A stretch of DNA of 64,000 nucleotides from Patescibacteria group bacterium (GCA_041650715.1 JBAZKQ010000001.1:6945-70944); one strand, 5' to 3'; shown: positions 51,876-62,099, numbered from the stretch's first letter. A program made the numbers and translations. Notes: generated by a model not told the origin, from the letters alone.

Positions 51876-54215
51876 ATGAAATACTCATTGCAGGCCGCTA
51901 AGTTTAATGGTCGGGAAATTATCGATCTCCTCATAGAGTTTGTTTATCTGGCTATCATTTTTGTTGTCCCTCTTTATTTTTCCTATTTTTTCCCAACCAA
52001 TAATATTTTTGAGCTGGCGAAATCGGTTATTTTTCAAGCGGCTGTCTTAATCTTATTTTTTTTAAGCTTAATTAAAATAATGTATTATCCGCCTCGCGCG
52101 CTCCTCGCTCGCCTTAGAACTAAGGAGGGGCACCGAACTCTGCGTAAATATATTATTCTCCCGCTGATTTTTATTTTCGGCCTGGGTCTAAGTTTATTTT
52201 TTTCGAGTAATCCGCTTCAATCTTTATATGGCTCCTATGAACGTCAGGCCGGTTATTTGAGTTATCTTTTTTATTTTCTTTGGTTCGGCTTGTTGGTTTT
52301 TAATGTTTTGACGCTTGATAATCGTCGCCGCCGAGAGGGTGTCGCCGACGGCTTACCCTCAAGAATTAATCGTTTGGTCGTCGTGGCCGTCATTTCCAGT
52401 TTTTTTGTTTCCCTCTACGGAATTCTACAAATCTTCGGGATCGATTTTTTAAGTTGGCCGGAAGACCCGCTTTTTACCGGCCGGACGCTTTCCACTTTTG
52501 GCCAGCCCAATTTTTTAGCCTCGTGGCTCTTACTCGTTATTCCGCTCAGCGTTTATCTTATTTATAAAAGCCGGAAAAATCTCATTAAATTTTTATTTCT
52601 CATTATTTTGGCTGCCCAGCTCGCTTGTTTATTTTTTACCGCGAGCCGAGGCGGGCTACTGGCCCTCGCCCTCGCCCTATTTTTCCTGATAATGTATGCC
52701 ATATTTTTTGGGAGTCTCAAAAAAACTCATAAATTATTTGTCGTCTTAGCGCTTACGGCTTTAATTATTGCCGGGAGCTTAACGGTCTACTATTTAATGC
52801 CGCAGCGAGTCGCGGGCCTCATTAGTTTAAAAGAGGGAAGCACGGCAGCGCGGGTAAATTTTTATTCTGCTGCGGCCGATGCGATTATAAAGAAACCGAT
52901 TTTCGGCTATGGCTTGGAAAACGCGGGCGAGGAATTTATTAAGTATTATCAACCCGACTGGGGAATTTACGGGGACGTAGGGGCGACGACTGACCGGGCT
53001 CATAATCTTGTCTTAGATATTTTGCTTAGTGCGGGGTTTTTTGGGCTGGCTTTATTTTCTTTGCTTTATTATTATTTTTTTCGTTTGGGGGTCCAGAATA
53101 TTGCCCACCGGAAAATGAGCGCTTTGTCTTTAGCTTTAATTTTCGGCGCGGGTGCCTATTTACTCTCTCTGCTTTTTAGTTTTAGCATTGTGACCGCCGA
53201 ATTATATTTCTGGCTATATTTAGCGCTGATTGTGGCGCTTAATTTTTGGTCGCCGGATGTTCCTGACTTGAATTCTGGGACTCTTGCGAATAGGCCGGCC
53301 GCTCGGGTTACCAAGCTCGTGCTATTCCTTGTTTTTCTAAGTGCTCTTGCCAGTGGTCTTTATTATCAATATGGCGTCTTGGCAGCTGATTACTACTTCA
53401 GTAAACTATATTATGTTCTGCCTCAAGGTCAATATTTCACCGCCTTAACTTTGGCGGATGATATGGCGCGCGTGGAGAATAATCCGATTAATCAGGAATA
53501 TTATAATCTTTTTCTCGGTGATAAATTAAGCGAGTTCTACCCCGCCATTACTGAACTTTCATCACGTCAGCTTGTTCACGATAAATTAGTCGCGCTTGAA
53601 TCAAGTATTACTACCGATTCTTATCAAAATAATTTAATCTTGGGCCGGATTAATTTTGCGCTCGGCGACAGTAAGCGATCGGAAAGTTTTTTTCAAAAAG
53701 TAATTGCCGTCACGCCTTATTGGCCGAAGCCTTATTTAGAACTTGGAAAGTTATATGTGCGGAGCGGTGATTGGGGGAGGGCAATGGCCAGCTATAGCGT
53801 GGCCGCGAAGATTTTGCCGGAGATAGATGATCCGCGTTTAAATGATAGACATAAGGCGGTCGTTAATCTTTACCGAAAAATAATATATACGGCCGTAGGC
53901 GATATTAATTTCACTGTTAAAAATTACACAGAAGCAGAGGAAGACTATCAAGAAGCCTACCGTAGCGATGTAAATGATTATTCATTGCTAAAGAAAATTG
54001 CCGATACCTATTATTACCGTGGTGATTTTGTGTCTGCCTTGGCTTATAATGAACAGGGGGCGAAAAGGAATCCCGGCGACTACCATTGGTTTCTGGCGAT
54101 AGCTGCCGTTTATAAAGAAATGGGTAACTTTGGGGCTGCTAAAGAAAACTTTGCGCAAGCACTTAAATTGGCGCCCGGAGAAAAACAGCTCCTGGATTTA
54201 AAAGCAGATTTTTAA
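51876..54215 (+). CDS. Wzy_C (O-antigen ligase / O-oligosaccharyltransferase-like) polytopic membrane protein with C-terminal TPR domain
   Basis: 779 aa. The ~460-aa N-terminal part has at least 10 TM helices with FTASRGGLLALALALFF and DRAHNLVLDILLSAGFFG. The C-terminal ~300 aa has TPR-like repeats (GDSKRSESFFQKVIAVTPYWPKPYLELGKLY, GNFGAAKENFAQALKLAP). Confidence 0.8.
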   Translation: MKYSLQAAKFNGREIIDLLIEFVYLAIIFVVPLYFSYFFPTNNIFELAKSVIFQAAVLILFFLSLIKIMYYPPRALLARLRTKEGHRTLRKYIILPLIFIFGLGLSLFFSSNPLQSLYGSYERQAGYLSYLFYFLWFGLLVFNVLTLDNRRRREGVADGLPSRINRLVVVAVISSFFVSLYGILQIFGIDFLSWPEDPLFTGRTLSTFGQPNFLASWLLLVIPLSVYLIYKSRKNLIKFLFLIILAAQLACLFFTASRGGLLALALALFFLIMYAIFFGSLKKTHKLFVVLALTALIIAGSLTVYYLMPQRVAGLISLKEGSTAARVNFYSAAADAIIKKPIFGYGLENAGEEFIKYYQPDWGIYGDVGATTDRAHNLVLDILLSAGFFGLALFSLLYYYFFRLGVQNIAHRKMSALSLALIFGAGAYLLSLLFSFSIVTAELYFWLYLALIVALNFWSPDVPDLNSGTLANRPAARVTKLVLFLVFLSALASGLYYQYGVLAADYYFSKLYYVLPQGQYFTALTLADDMARVENNPINQEYYNLFLGDKLSEFYPAITELSSRQLVHDKLVALESSITTDSYQNNLILGRINFALGDSKRSESFFQKVIAVTPYWPKPYLELGKLYVRSGDWGRAMASYSVAAKILPEIDDPRLNDRHKAVVNLYRKIIYTAVGDINFTVKNYTEAEEDYQEAYRSDVNDYSLLKKIADTYYYRGDFVSALAYNEQGAKRNPGDYHWFLAIAAVYKEMGNFGAAKENFAQALKLAPGEKQLLDLKADF

Positions 54216-54218
54216 AAT

Positions 54219-55031
54219 ATGGAAAAAATATCCGCCTGCTTGGTAGTTTGTAATGAGGAGAAATTAATTGGGCGTTGCCTCGAAAGTTTAAAGGGCGCGG
54301 TCGACGAAATTATTTTGGTTCATGACGGACCCTGCCAAGATAGAACTTTAGAAATTGCCGCCGAATATGGGGCGAAGATATTTGTACGGCCTTTTTACGG
54401 GGTCGCCGAAGGACAAAGACCATTTAGCTATGAGAAAGCTAGCCATGAATGGATATTGCAAATCGATGCCGATGAATTTTTATCGGCTGAGCTATCTGCT
54501 AATTTAAAAATTCTTGTTTCTAATAATAAAGTTGATGCCTATAAAGTAATTTGGCCAATCTGGGATGGCTCAGCCAACAAAAAGGGCTCTTGGCCAGAGA
54601 AAATTATTCTTTTTCGTAAGCGTGCGGTTGTTATGTGGGGAATACCTCATTTTGTACCTCGAATATCAGGAAAGGTGATAAAGACAAACTTTAGGCTTTT
54701 CCATCAACCCCTCTTGGCTGATTTATCAATAAAAGGTTTTTTCCAAAAACAATCTCCTTGGGCGCGTCAGCAAGCTTTTTGTTATCTACAAGATTTCTCC
54801 AATATTATTAAATTCAACGAAATCAGAACCAGCTGGCCTTGGGCGGTTAGAATTCGAAGACGTTTCCCGCTATTTTTAACTCCAATAGAATTTATATGGA
54901 CATACGGCAAAAATATTATTGGCGGCGCATATCTGGCCGGCTTCCCAGGCTTTAAAAGTGCTTTTTTATTGGCTTGCTATCGAGCCAATGTTAATTACTA
55001 TATGTATAAGTTGAAACATGATTCTAAATGA
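54219..55031 (+). CDS. Glycosyltransferase family 2
   Basis: 270 aa. ISACLVVCNEEKLIGRCLESL...DEIILVHDGPCQDRT...QIDADEF carries the DxD. Confidence 0.8.
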   Translation: MEKISACLVVCNEEKLIGRCLESLKGAVDEIILVHDGPCQDRTLEIAAEYGAKIFVRPFYGVAEGQRPFSYEKASHEWILQIDADEFLSAELSANLKILVSNNKVDAYKVIWPIWDGSANKKGSWPEKIILFRKRAVVMWGIPHFVPRISGKVIKTNFRLFHQPLLADLSIKGFFQKQSPWARQQAFCYLQDFSNIIKFNEIRTSWPWAVRIRRRFPLFLTPIEFIWTYGKNIIGGAYLAGFPGFKSAFLLACYRANVNYYMYKLKHDSK

Positions 55032-55986
55032 ACTCAACAATGATATAATAAAAGTCGTTTTGGCAGCCGACGATAACTACGCACAGCATCTGGGCGTAAC
55101 CATGGTTTCTATTTTAGAAAATCATTTGAGTACTCAAAAAATAGAATTCCATATTTTAGACAATAATATTAACTCAGTTAACATCCAAAAAATTAAATTA
55201 ATCGGTCAAAAATATAAAGTAGATTTATTTTTTTACCTTGTTTCTTCATCCGACCTTGATAATTATCCTAAGCACAATTATTTACCGCGTTCAACTTATC
55301 TCCGGGTTCTTATCCCCGAACTATTGCCCCGAGCTATAAATAAAGTTTTATATTTAGATACGGACATCGTTGTTCTGGGTGATATTTCGGAGTTATATAA
55401 TCAGGGTCTGGGAGACTTTAGCTTGGGCGCAGTTAGGGATATTATGGCGGATGAAATACTGCAAATACATTTTGACAAGAATGTTTCCAATTATTTTAAT
55501 GCCGGCGTTTTATTGTTAAATTTAGAGAAGTGGCGCGGTTTACGATTAGCCGAAAAATCTTTCGAGCTTATCCGCTTATATGGTCGTGAAATTATCCGTG
55601 CCGATCAAGATATCTTAAATAGCTTATTCGTTGGTGATTGGCAGCCGCTCGATAAGCGTTTTAACTCAGATTTAAAACGAAGTAATCCCAGCCGCGAAAT
55701 AGAAGCTAACACCGTCATTTTACATTATTCGGACAGGGTGAAGCCATGGCAATATATTTTTTATGGAAAAAGTCAAAAATATTATTTAAAATATTTAAAA
55801 ATGACACCCTGGGCGGATTTTAATTTTAGCGATAAAAATTTTTCAATGTATATTCGTAAATATCTACGAGTCTTCATTTTAGCGCTTAAAAGATCATTAG
55901 TGTCCTTTATCCCCAATAGTTTGCTTAATATTTATCGAAAAATTTTATGGTCGACATATAAAGTTAATAAATCTAAAACATTTTAA
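55018..55986 (+). CDS. Glycosyltransferase family 8
   Basis: 322 aa. VVLAADDNYAQHLGVTMVSIL, YLDTDIVVLGD, FNAGVLLLNL and KPW are present. It overlaps the GT2 gene by 14 nt. Confidence 0.8.
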   Translation: MILNELNNDIIKVVLAADDNYAQHLGVTMVSILENHLSTQKIEFHILDNNINSVNIQKIKLIGQKYKVDLFFYLVSSSDLDNYPKHNYLPRSTYLRVLIPELLPRAINKVLYLDTDIVVLGDISELYNQGLGDFSLGAVRDIMADEILQIHFDKNVSNYFNAGVLLLNLEKWRGLRLAEKSFELIRLYGREIIRADQDILNSLFVGDWQPLDKRFNSDLKRSNPSREIEANTVILHYSDRVKPWQYIFYGKSQKYYLKYLKMTPWADFNFSDKNFSMYIRKYLRVFILALKRSLVSFIPNSLLNIYRKILWSTYKVNKSKTF

Positions 55987-55992
55987 ATTATT

Positions 55993-56760
55993 ATGATTTA
56001 CATATTTTCAATTTATGCTTTCGTTCTTGGTCTCATCATCGGCAGCTTTTTGAATTGCTTGATTTGGCGTTTATATAAGAATGAAACTATCTTCGGGCGC
56101 TCTTATTGTCCGAAGTGCCGGCAGCCGATTGCTTGGTATGATAATATTCCGGTTTTAAGTTTTCTCTTCTTGCGCGGTCGCTGTCGCCAGTGCGCGCAAA
56201 AAATTTCTTGGCAGTACCCGCTTGTCGAATTAATCACGGCCCTCTTATTTTTAATTACTTTTTTACAAGCCAGTCTTTTACCGAATTTTGCTTTTAGCCT
56301 GGCGCGTGCTTGGCTGCTCATAATTACTCTGCTTATAGTCTTTGTTTATGATACGCGCTGGCAATTAATTCCGATGACCATAATTTGGCCAATGACCGTC
56401 GTATTTTTTGCTTTGAACATATTTTTAGGAATACCGCTCCTAACAATTGCTCTGTCCGGAGCAGCGATCGCCCTTTTCTTTCTGATTCAATATATCATCA
56501 CCAAGAAAAAGGGATTGGGAGAAGGTGATATTTGGTTGGGCTTATTGCTTGGGGTCAGTTTTCCCAGCTTCGCGCAATTATTCTTAATTTTAGTTTTGGC
56601 CTACTGTAGCGGCGCAACCCTCGGCTTAGTTTTAATGAAGTGGAAAGGGAAAAATGCTAAAACCAGGATAGCACTCGGCCCCTTTTTGGCATTCGGGGCT
56701 ATTATTACCTTAATTTGGGGCGAGCAAATATTGGCTTGGTATTTTCGGCTCTTCTTTTAA
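55993..56760 (+). CDS. pilD: Prepilin peptidase (A24 family)
   Basis: 255 aa. It has the N-terminal zinc motif CPKCRQPIAWYDNIPVLSFLFLRGRCRQC and Asp-containing motifs (VFVYDTRW, GLGEGDIWLG). Confidence 0.88.
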   Translation: MIYIFSIYAFVLGLIIGSFLNCLIWRLYKNETIFGRSYCPKCRQPIAWYDNIPVLSFLFLRGRCRQCAQKISWQYPLVELITALLFLITFLQASLLPNFAFSLARAWLLIITLLIVFVYDTRWQLIPMTIIWPMTVVFFALNIFLGIPLLTIALSGAAIALFFLIQYIITKKKGLGEGDIWLGLLLGVSFPSFAQLFLILVLAYCSGATLGLVLMKWKGKNAKTRIALGPFLAFGAIITLIWGEQILAWYFRLFF

Positions 56761-56857
56761 TAAAAATAATTGTTTAATTTTATAAAATTTTGTATAATAT
56801 TAACAGCAATTACTATTTTCAAAAATTGTCTAATTTTTATATAATTCTTCATAACCT

Positions 56858-58117
56858 ATGAAAGATAATATTATCGCTGGCCTGGACATTGGCTCAACCT
56901 CAATCCGTCTGGTGATCGGTCAAAAAATCCCCGGCATTGCCGGAGAAGAACTTCAGATTATCGGCGCCGTTTCCGTTCCTACGGCCGGAGTCAGCCGCGG
57001 TATTGTCAACAGCATTGAAGAAACCACTTCTTCAATTTCCGCTTGTCTCGAAAAAGCGGAGAGATTGGTCGGCGTTCCGATCAGTCGCGTTTGGGTCGGC
57101 ATTAACGACCCCCATATTAAATGTGAGCGATCGAAGGGGGTTGTCGCCGTGGGTAGAAGCGACGGAGAAATTGGCGAAAATGATGTTAACCGCGCGATTG
57201 AAGCGGCGCGGGCTTTAGCCGTGCCGGTAAATTATGAAATTTTACATGTTATTCCGATAAAGTTTAGCGTGGATAATCAAGGCGACGTGAAAGATCCGAT
57301 TGGCATGAATGGTATTCGTCTCGAAGTGGAGACCTTAATTGTCCAGGGACTAAGCACACAAATAAAAAATTTAACCAAAGCAATTTATCGTACTGGTTTA
57401 GAAATTGAAGATTTGGTTCTTGGGCCCTTGGCGGCCGCGGAAGCGGTGGTCAGCCCGAAACAGAAAGAACTCGGCGTGGCCTTGGTTAATCTTGGTTCTT
57501 CGACTACCTCGCTCGCGGTTTATGAAGAAAGAAATTTAATCCATACGGCGATTTTGCCGATTGGCTCGGAACATATTACGGCTGACATTGCGATTGGTTT
57601 GCGTTGCCCGATTAATTTGGCGGAGAGAATTAAGCGCGAACATGGGAGCGCTTTACCGGATGATCTTGATAAGAGCGAAGAAATTGATGTGAGCGACTTG
57701 GTTCGCGAAGAAGAGATTAATGACGATATCAGTTTAATTTCGCGTAAGTATGTATCAGAGATTATAAACGCGCGAGTTGAAGAAATTTTTGAAAAAGTTG
57801 ATAATGAGTTTAAACGGATTGATCGCTCCGGCATGTTGCCGGCTGGCGTGATTTTTGTCGGTGGCGGTGCCAGTCTCGATGGTTTAGTCGAATCGGCAAA
57901 AAAGAAATTACGTCTTCCGGCCGCGATTGGTCAAGCCAAGAATATTAATGTGGTTATCGATAAGGTAAAAAATCCGGAATTTTTAACTGCTCTCGGCTTA
58001 GTTATTTGGGGTAGCCATACAGAAGGCGAAGGCGCTACCGGTAATAAACTTTCCAAAAGCTTGGGTGGAATTTTTGAAAAAACCAAGGGCTTATTTAGTA
58101 AAATAATGCCAAAATAA
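56858..58117 (+). CDS. ftsA: Cell division protein FtsA
   Basis: 419 aa with the actin-fold motifs [25 protein letters not shown] and VGGGASLDG. Confidence 0.92.
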   Translation: MKDNIIAGLDIGSTSIRLVIGQKIPGIAGEELQIIGAVSVPTAGVSRGIVNSIEETTSSISACLEKAERLVGVPISRVWVGINDPHIKCERSKGVVAVGRSDGEIGENDVNRAIEAARALAVPVNYEILHVIPIKFSVDNQGDVKDPIGMNGIRLEVETLIVQGLSTQIKNLTKAIYRTGLEIEDLVLGPLAAAEAVVSPKQKELGVALVNLGSSTTSLAVYEERNLIHTAILPIGSEHITADIAIGLRCPINLAERIKREHGSALPDDLDKSEEIDVSDLVREEEINDDISLISRKYVSEIINARVEEIFEKVDNEFKRIDRSGMLPAGVIFVGGGASLDGLVESAKKKLRLPAAIGQAKNINVVIDKVKNPEFLTALGLVIWGSHTEGEGATGNKLSKSLGGIFEKTKGLFSKIMPK

Positions 58118-58136
58118 TAATTTAAATGATAATTTT

Positions 58137-59327
58137 ATGGCGGAAGTAAAACCAGAAATTGAAACCTTTGCCAAGATTAAAGTAGTTGGCGTCGGCGGCG
58201 GAGGCGGCAGCGCCATTAACCGTATGGTTGCAAACGGCATCCGTGGGGTTGGCTTTGTGGCTATCAATACCGATGTTCAGGCTTTGCATTATAATAAGGC
58301 GAATGAAAGAATACATATCGGCAAGACCGTTACCAAGGGTTTGGGCGCCGGTATGAATCCGGAGCTCGGCAAAGCGGCCGCGGAAGAGTCCCAGAATGAA
58401 ATCAAAGAAAGCCTTAAGGGCTGTGATATGGTTTTTGTGACCTGCGGCATGGGCGGCGGTACTGGTTCGGGCGCTTCGCCGGTCGTAGCGCAAATTGCCA
58501 AAGAAATGGGAGCCTTAACCGTAGCGGTTGTGACCAAGCCTTTTATGTTTGAAGGCGGCCAACGCAAGAATATCGCCGATCGCGCCTATGCGGAGCTCGC
58601 CGATAAGGTAGATACGATTATCACTATTTCTAATGATAAATTATTGCAGGTAATCGATAAGAAAACCTCACTTTTAGAGGCTTTTAAAATCGCTGATGAC
58701 GTTTTACGCCAAGGAGTTCAGGGAATCGCCGAGATTATTACTGTTCCTGGGATTATTAATGCTGACTTTGCCGATGTGAAGGCGGTTATGTCTAACGCCG
58801 GATCGGCCCTTATGGGCATCGGAATGGCCACAGGAGAGAACAAGGCGGTCGAAGCGGCTAAAGATGCTATTAACTCCAATCTGCTTGATATGTCCATAGA
58901 CGGGGCGCGTGGCATCGTCTTTACGATTACCGGCGGACCTGATTTGAGCATGACTGAAGTTTCGGAAGCGGCTAAGGTTATTACTTCAGCGGCCGATGAA
59001 GACGCCAAGATTATTTTTGGGGCCGTTATTGACGAAAAAATGAAAGATCAGATTAAGATTACGGTAGTGGCGACCGGTTTCGACGGACGCGGCAAGAACC
59101 AAAAGAGCGAAATGACTAATACTTATACTCCGAACGCCTTTATCGTCGAGAAAGAAAGCGAGAAGGACTCGATGATGGCTTCAACCTCGGTCGATAAGAA
59201 TAAAGGTAAGTTTAATGTCTTTAAGAATATTCCGGTAAAGCCAGCCCTCGAGAAAAAGGCGGAAAAACCGATTAATGACGACGATGACCTAAGCGTCCCC
59301 GCGTTTATTCGGAAGAAGATGGGGTAA
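58137..59327 (+). CDS. ftsZ: Cell division protein FtsZ
   Basis: 396 aa. It has [13 protein letters not shown] and the tubulin signature [15 protein letters not shown], plus NTDVQAL and the C-terminal peptide [12 protein letters not shown]. Confidence 0.95.
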   Translation: MAEVKPEIETFAKIKVVGVGGGGGSAINRMVANGIRGVGFVAINTDVQALHYNKANERIHIGKTVTKGLGAGMNPELGKAAAEESQNEIKESLKGCDMVFVTCGMGGGTGSGASPVVAQIAKEMGALTVAVVTKPFMFEGGQRKNIADRAYAELADKVDTIITISNDKLLQVIDKKTSLLEAFKIADDVLRQGVQGIAEIITVPGIINADFADVKAVMSNAGSALMGIGMATGENKAVEAAKDAINSNLLDMSIDGARGIVFTITGGPDLSMTEVSEAAKVITSAADEDAKIIFGAVIDEKMKDQIKITVVATGFDGRGKNQKSEMTNTYTPNAFIVEKESEKDSMMASTSVDKNKGKFNVFKNIPVKPALEKKAEKPINDDDDLSVPAFIRKKMG

Positions 59328-59350
59328 TTTATAAAAATATATTCATTTTT

Positions 59351-59385
59351 AAAGAACATAATTAAAACAATTATGTTCTTTTTTT
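59351..59385 (+). terminator. Intrinsic terminator after ftsZ
   Basis: 13-bp stem aaagaacataatt (59351-59363) / aattatgttcttt (59369-59381), a 5-nt loop and a T-run. Confidence 0.75.
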
Positions 59386-59500
59386 ATTTTCCGAAAATAC
59401 ATTTTATTTTCTTCTGTGGATAACTTTAGAAAATATTAATATTTTAATTAAAATTAGCATAATTGACCCGGGGGTATAATTTTGCTAAAATTGAGACAGA

Positions 59501-59516
59501 ATACAACATTTAGTGG
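59501..59516 (+). promoter_or_regulatory. Candidate NrdR box 1
   Basis: ATACAACATTTAGTGG matches about 11 of 16 positions of the NrdR-box consensus as I recall it (acaCwAtATaTwGtgt). Confidence 0.5.
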
Positions 59517-59532
59517 TCAACACTTCAAAGAG

Positions 59533-59548
59533 CCACTAAATATAGGTT
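59533..59548 (+). promoter_or_regulatory. Candidate NrdR box 2
   Basis: CCACTAAATATAGGTT matches about 11-12 of 16 positions of the consensus. Its start is 32 bp from box 1, which is the typical tandem spacing, and it lies 16 nt upstream of the nrdR ATG. Confidence 0.55.
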
Positions 59549-59563
59549 TTTAGCAAAGATAAT

Positions 59564-60022
59564 ATGAAATGTCCAATCTGCTATTACCCCGATACTAAGG
59601 TGGTCGACTCTCGGGTCGCGCCTGACGGCCTCTCGATTCGTCGCCGCCGCGAATGTTTGAAGTGCGGCTTTCGTTTTTCCACCTATGAAGAAATAGAATT
59701 GCTTGATTTGGCGATTGTGAAGCGGGACGGACACCGGGAAAGCTATAGCCGGGAAAAGATGGTCAATGGCTTGAAAAAATCCTGCGAGAAACGACCGATT
59801 ACCGATGACCGCTTTAAAAAATTAATCCACTCCATTGAAAGAGATCTCCAACGCCTGAAAGATACGGAAATAACCTCACGCCAGATTGGCCAAGTGGTGA
59901 TGAAAAATTTAAAAAAGGTTGATCAGGTCGCCTATATCCGTTATGCCTCGGTTTATGAATCATTTAAAGACGCCCATGAGTTTCAAAAGGAACTCAATAA
60001 ATTAATTAAGGAAAAAAAATAG
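59564..60022 (+). CDS. nrdR: Transcriptional repressor NrdR
   Basis: 152 aa with the zinc ribbon MKCPICYYPDTKVVDSR...RRRECLKCGFRFSTYE and an ATP-cone. Confidence 0.93.
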   Translation: MKCPICYYPDTKVVDSRVAPDGLSIRRRRECLKCGFRFSTYEEIELLDLAIVKRDGHRESYSREKMVNGLKKSCEKRPITDDRFKKLIHSIERDLQRLKDTEITSRQIGQVVMKNLKKVDQVAYIRYASVYESFKDAHEFQKELNKLIKEKK

Positions 60023-60023
60023 T

Positions 60024-62075
60024 ATGTCTGAGACTATTAGCAAATTGATTAAAAGATCCGGGGAAATCGTTGATTTTGACCAGGACAAAATTGTGCGGGC
60101 GATTTATAAAGCGGCCGTTTCGGTCGAAATAGACGATCGCCATCTGGCGAAAAAAATCGGCGATCAGGTCGTCATGAAAATCAATAAAAAATTTCATAAA
60201 AATAGTATCCCGGCCGTAGAAGAAATCCAGGATATTGTCGAAGAGGTTTTGATTGAGAATAAATTAATTAAAATTGCTAAAGCTTATATTATTTACCGCG
60301 ACCAGCATCGCCAGATCCGCGATATTAGTAGCGCAACCTCGGATGATAAATTGATGGAGGATTATCTGGGCCGTTCCGATTGGCGTTTGAAAGAGAATAG
60401 CAATATGAGCTTTTCCGTTCAGGGTTTAAATAACTATATTGCTTCTTCGATTTCCGCGCGCTATTGGCTCAATAAAATGTATCCGGAGAATATCCGTCAG
60501 GCTCATGTGAACGGTGATATGCATATCCATGATTTAGGTCTGCTCGCTCCTTATTGCTGCGGCTGGGATTTAAAAGATTTGCTTATTCGCGGTTTTCGCG
60601 GCGTGGATGAAAAGGTGCAGAGTAATCCGCCGAAACATTTTCGGAGCGCGCTCGGCCAAATTATTAATTTTTTCTATACGATGCAAGGCGAAGCGGCCGG
60701 TGCCCAAGCCTTTGCTAATTTTGATACTTACCTTGCTCCTTTTATTAGATACGATAATTTAACTTATAAAGAAGTTAAACAGGGTCTTCAGGAATTCATG
60801 TTTAATATTAACGTTCCGACTCGGGTTGGTTTTCAAACCCCGTTTACTAATGTTACTTTAGACGTTACCCCGTCCCCCTTAATCGGCGAAGAAAGCGTTA
60901 TTATCGGCGGAGAGATCATGCCGGAAAAATATAAAGATTTTCAAACGGAAATGGATATGTTTAACCAAGCTTTTGCCGAGGTTATGCTCGCGGGCGATTC
61001 GACGGGACGCGTCTTCGGCTTTCCGATTCCGACTTACTGTATCGATAAAGAATTTGATTATGATCGTGAAAGCTTAAAAACTGTTTGGGAAATGACCGCC
61101 AAATATGGCATTCCATATTTTTCCAACTTTGTTAATTCCGATATGAACCGCGACGATGCGCGCTCAATGTGTTGCCGTCTGCGCCTTGATAACCGCGAGT
61201 TAAGAAAAAGAGGCGGCGGTTTATTCGGCGCCAATCCTTTAACGGGTTCAATTGGTGTTGTGACGATTAATTTAGCGCGCCTGGGATACTTATCCAAGAG
61301 TCAGGAAGAATTCCGCGAAAAATTGGTTCATCTCATGGACTTAGCTAAGGAAAGCTTAGAGATCAAGCGTAAGATTATTGAAAAGTTTACTGAAGACCGA
61401 CTATACCCATACTCTATGTTTTATTTGGATAATATCAACGCTCGTTTCGGGTCATATTGGAAAAATCATTTTTCCACGATCGGTATTAACGGAATGAACG
61501 AAGCAGTCCTGAATTTAATGGGTAAAGATATTACGACTCCGGAAGGCCATAAGTTTGCTGCCGAAACCCTTGATTTCATGAGAGAGAAATTAATGGATTA
61601 CCAGAACGAAACTAATGATTTATATAATTTAGAAGCGACGCCGGGAGAAGGCGCCACCTATCGCTTTGCTAAAAAAGATCAGCAGTTATACCCGGGAATT
61701 ATTTGCTCGAATACCGAGGCGGTTAAAAAGTTTAACGCCGATCCTTATTACACAAACTCCACTCATTTGCATGTCAATTATACCGATGATATTTTTTCTG
61801 CGCTTGATTTGCAGGATGACTTACAAACTAAGTATACCGGCGGCACAGTTCTGCATGGCTATCTCGGTGAACGTCTACCCGACGGCGAGACTGCGAAAAA
61901 ATTAGTGAAGAAAATCGTGGATAATTATAAACTTCCTTACTTCACAATTACCCCGACATTTTCTATCTGTCCGAAGCATGGCTATCTATCTGGCGAACAT
62001 AAATTCTGTCCGAAATGTGACGAAGAAATCGGTTATACCGAGACTGTAGCCGAGGTACGCAGTGCGAATCTCTAA
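60024..62075 (+). CDS. nrdD: Anaerobic (class III) ribonucleoside-triphosphate reductase, main body lacking the glycyl-radical motif
   Basis: 683 aa. It has an N-terminal ATP-cone, the catalytic ARSMCCRLRLD loop and a C-terminal zinc site ICPKHG...FCPKCDEE. It ends 19 aa after the last Cys with ...TETVAEVRSANL-stop and has no RVxGY motif. Confidence 0.88.
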   Translation: MSETISKLIKRSGEIVDFDQDKIVRAIYKAAVSVEIDDRHLAKKIGDQVVMKINKKFHKNSIPAVEEIQDIVEEVLIENKLIKIAKAYIIYRDQHRQIRDISSATSDDKLMEDYLGRSDWRLKENSNMSFSVQGLNNYIASSISARYWLNKMYPENIRQAHVNGDMHIHDLGLLAPYCCGWDLKDLLIRGFRGVDEKVQSNPPKHFRSALGQIINFFYTMQGEAAGAQAFANFDTYLAPFIRYDNLTYKEVKQGLQEFMFNINVPTRVGFQTPFTNVTLDVTPSPLIGEESVIIGGEIMPEKYKDFQTEMDMFNQAFAEVMLAGDSTGRVFGFPIPTYCIDKEFDYDRESLKTVWEMTAKYGIPYFSNFVNSDMNRDDARSMCCRLRLDNRELRKRGGGLFGANPLTGSIGVVTINLARLGYLSKSQEEFREKLVHLMDLAKESLEIKRKIIEKFTEDRLYPYSMFYLDNINARFGSYWKNHFSTIGINGMNEAVLNLMGKDITTPEGHKFAAETLDFMREKLMDYQNETNDLYNLEATPGEGATYRFAKKDQQLYPGIICSNTEAVKKFNADPYYTNSTHLHVNYTDDIFSALDLQDDLQTKYTGGTVLHGYLGERLPDGETAKKLVKKIVDNYKLPYFTITPTFSICPKHGYLSGEHKFCPKCDEEIGYTETVAEVRSANL

Positions 62076-62099
62076 TATTAGGTAATATCTTTCGCCGAT

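Noticed and set aside
58122-58567. Minus-strand ORFs of 123 and 92 aa overlapping the ftsZ 5' region. The same applies to 16594..16923 antisense to mscL and 36549..36944 inside giant protein B.
   Set aside because: They are shadows of strongly supported genes. GC-rich Gly/Ala codon runs (the GGGTGSG region) read open on the opposite strand.
59463-59480. TTGACC...TATAAT upstream of nrdR as a canonical promoter.
   Set aside because: The two hexamers are only 6 nt apart, so they cannot act as one -35/-10 pair. The TATAAT (59475-59480) may still be a -10 with a poor -35 (TTAGCA at a 15-nt spacing), but I could not support a confident call.
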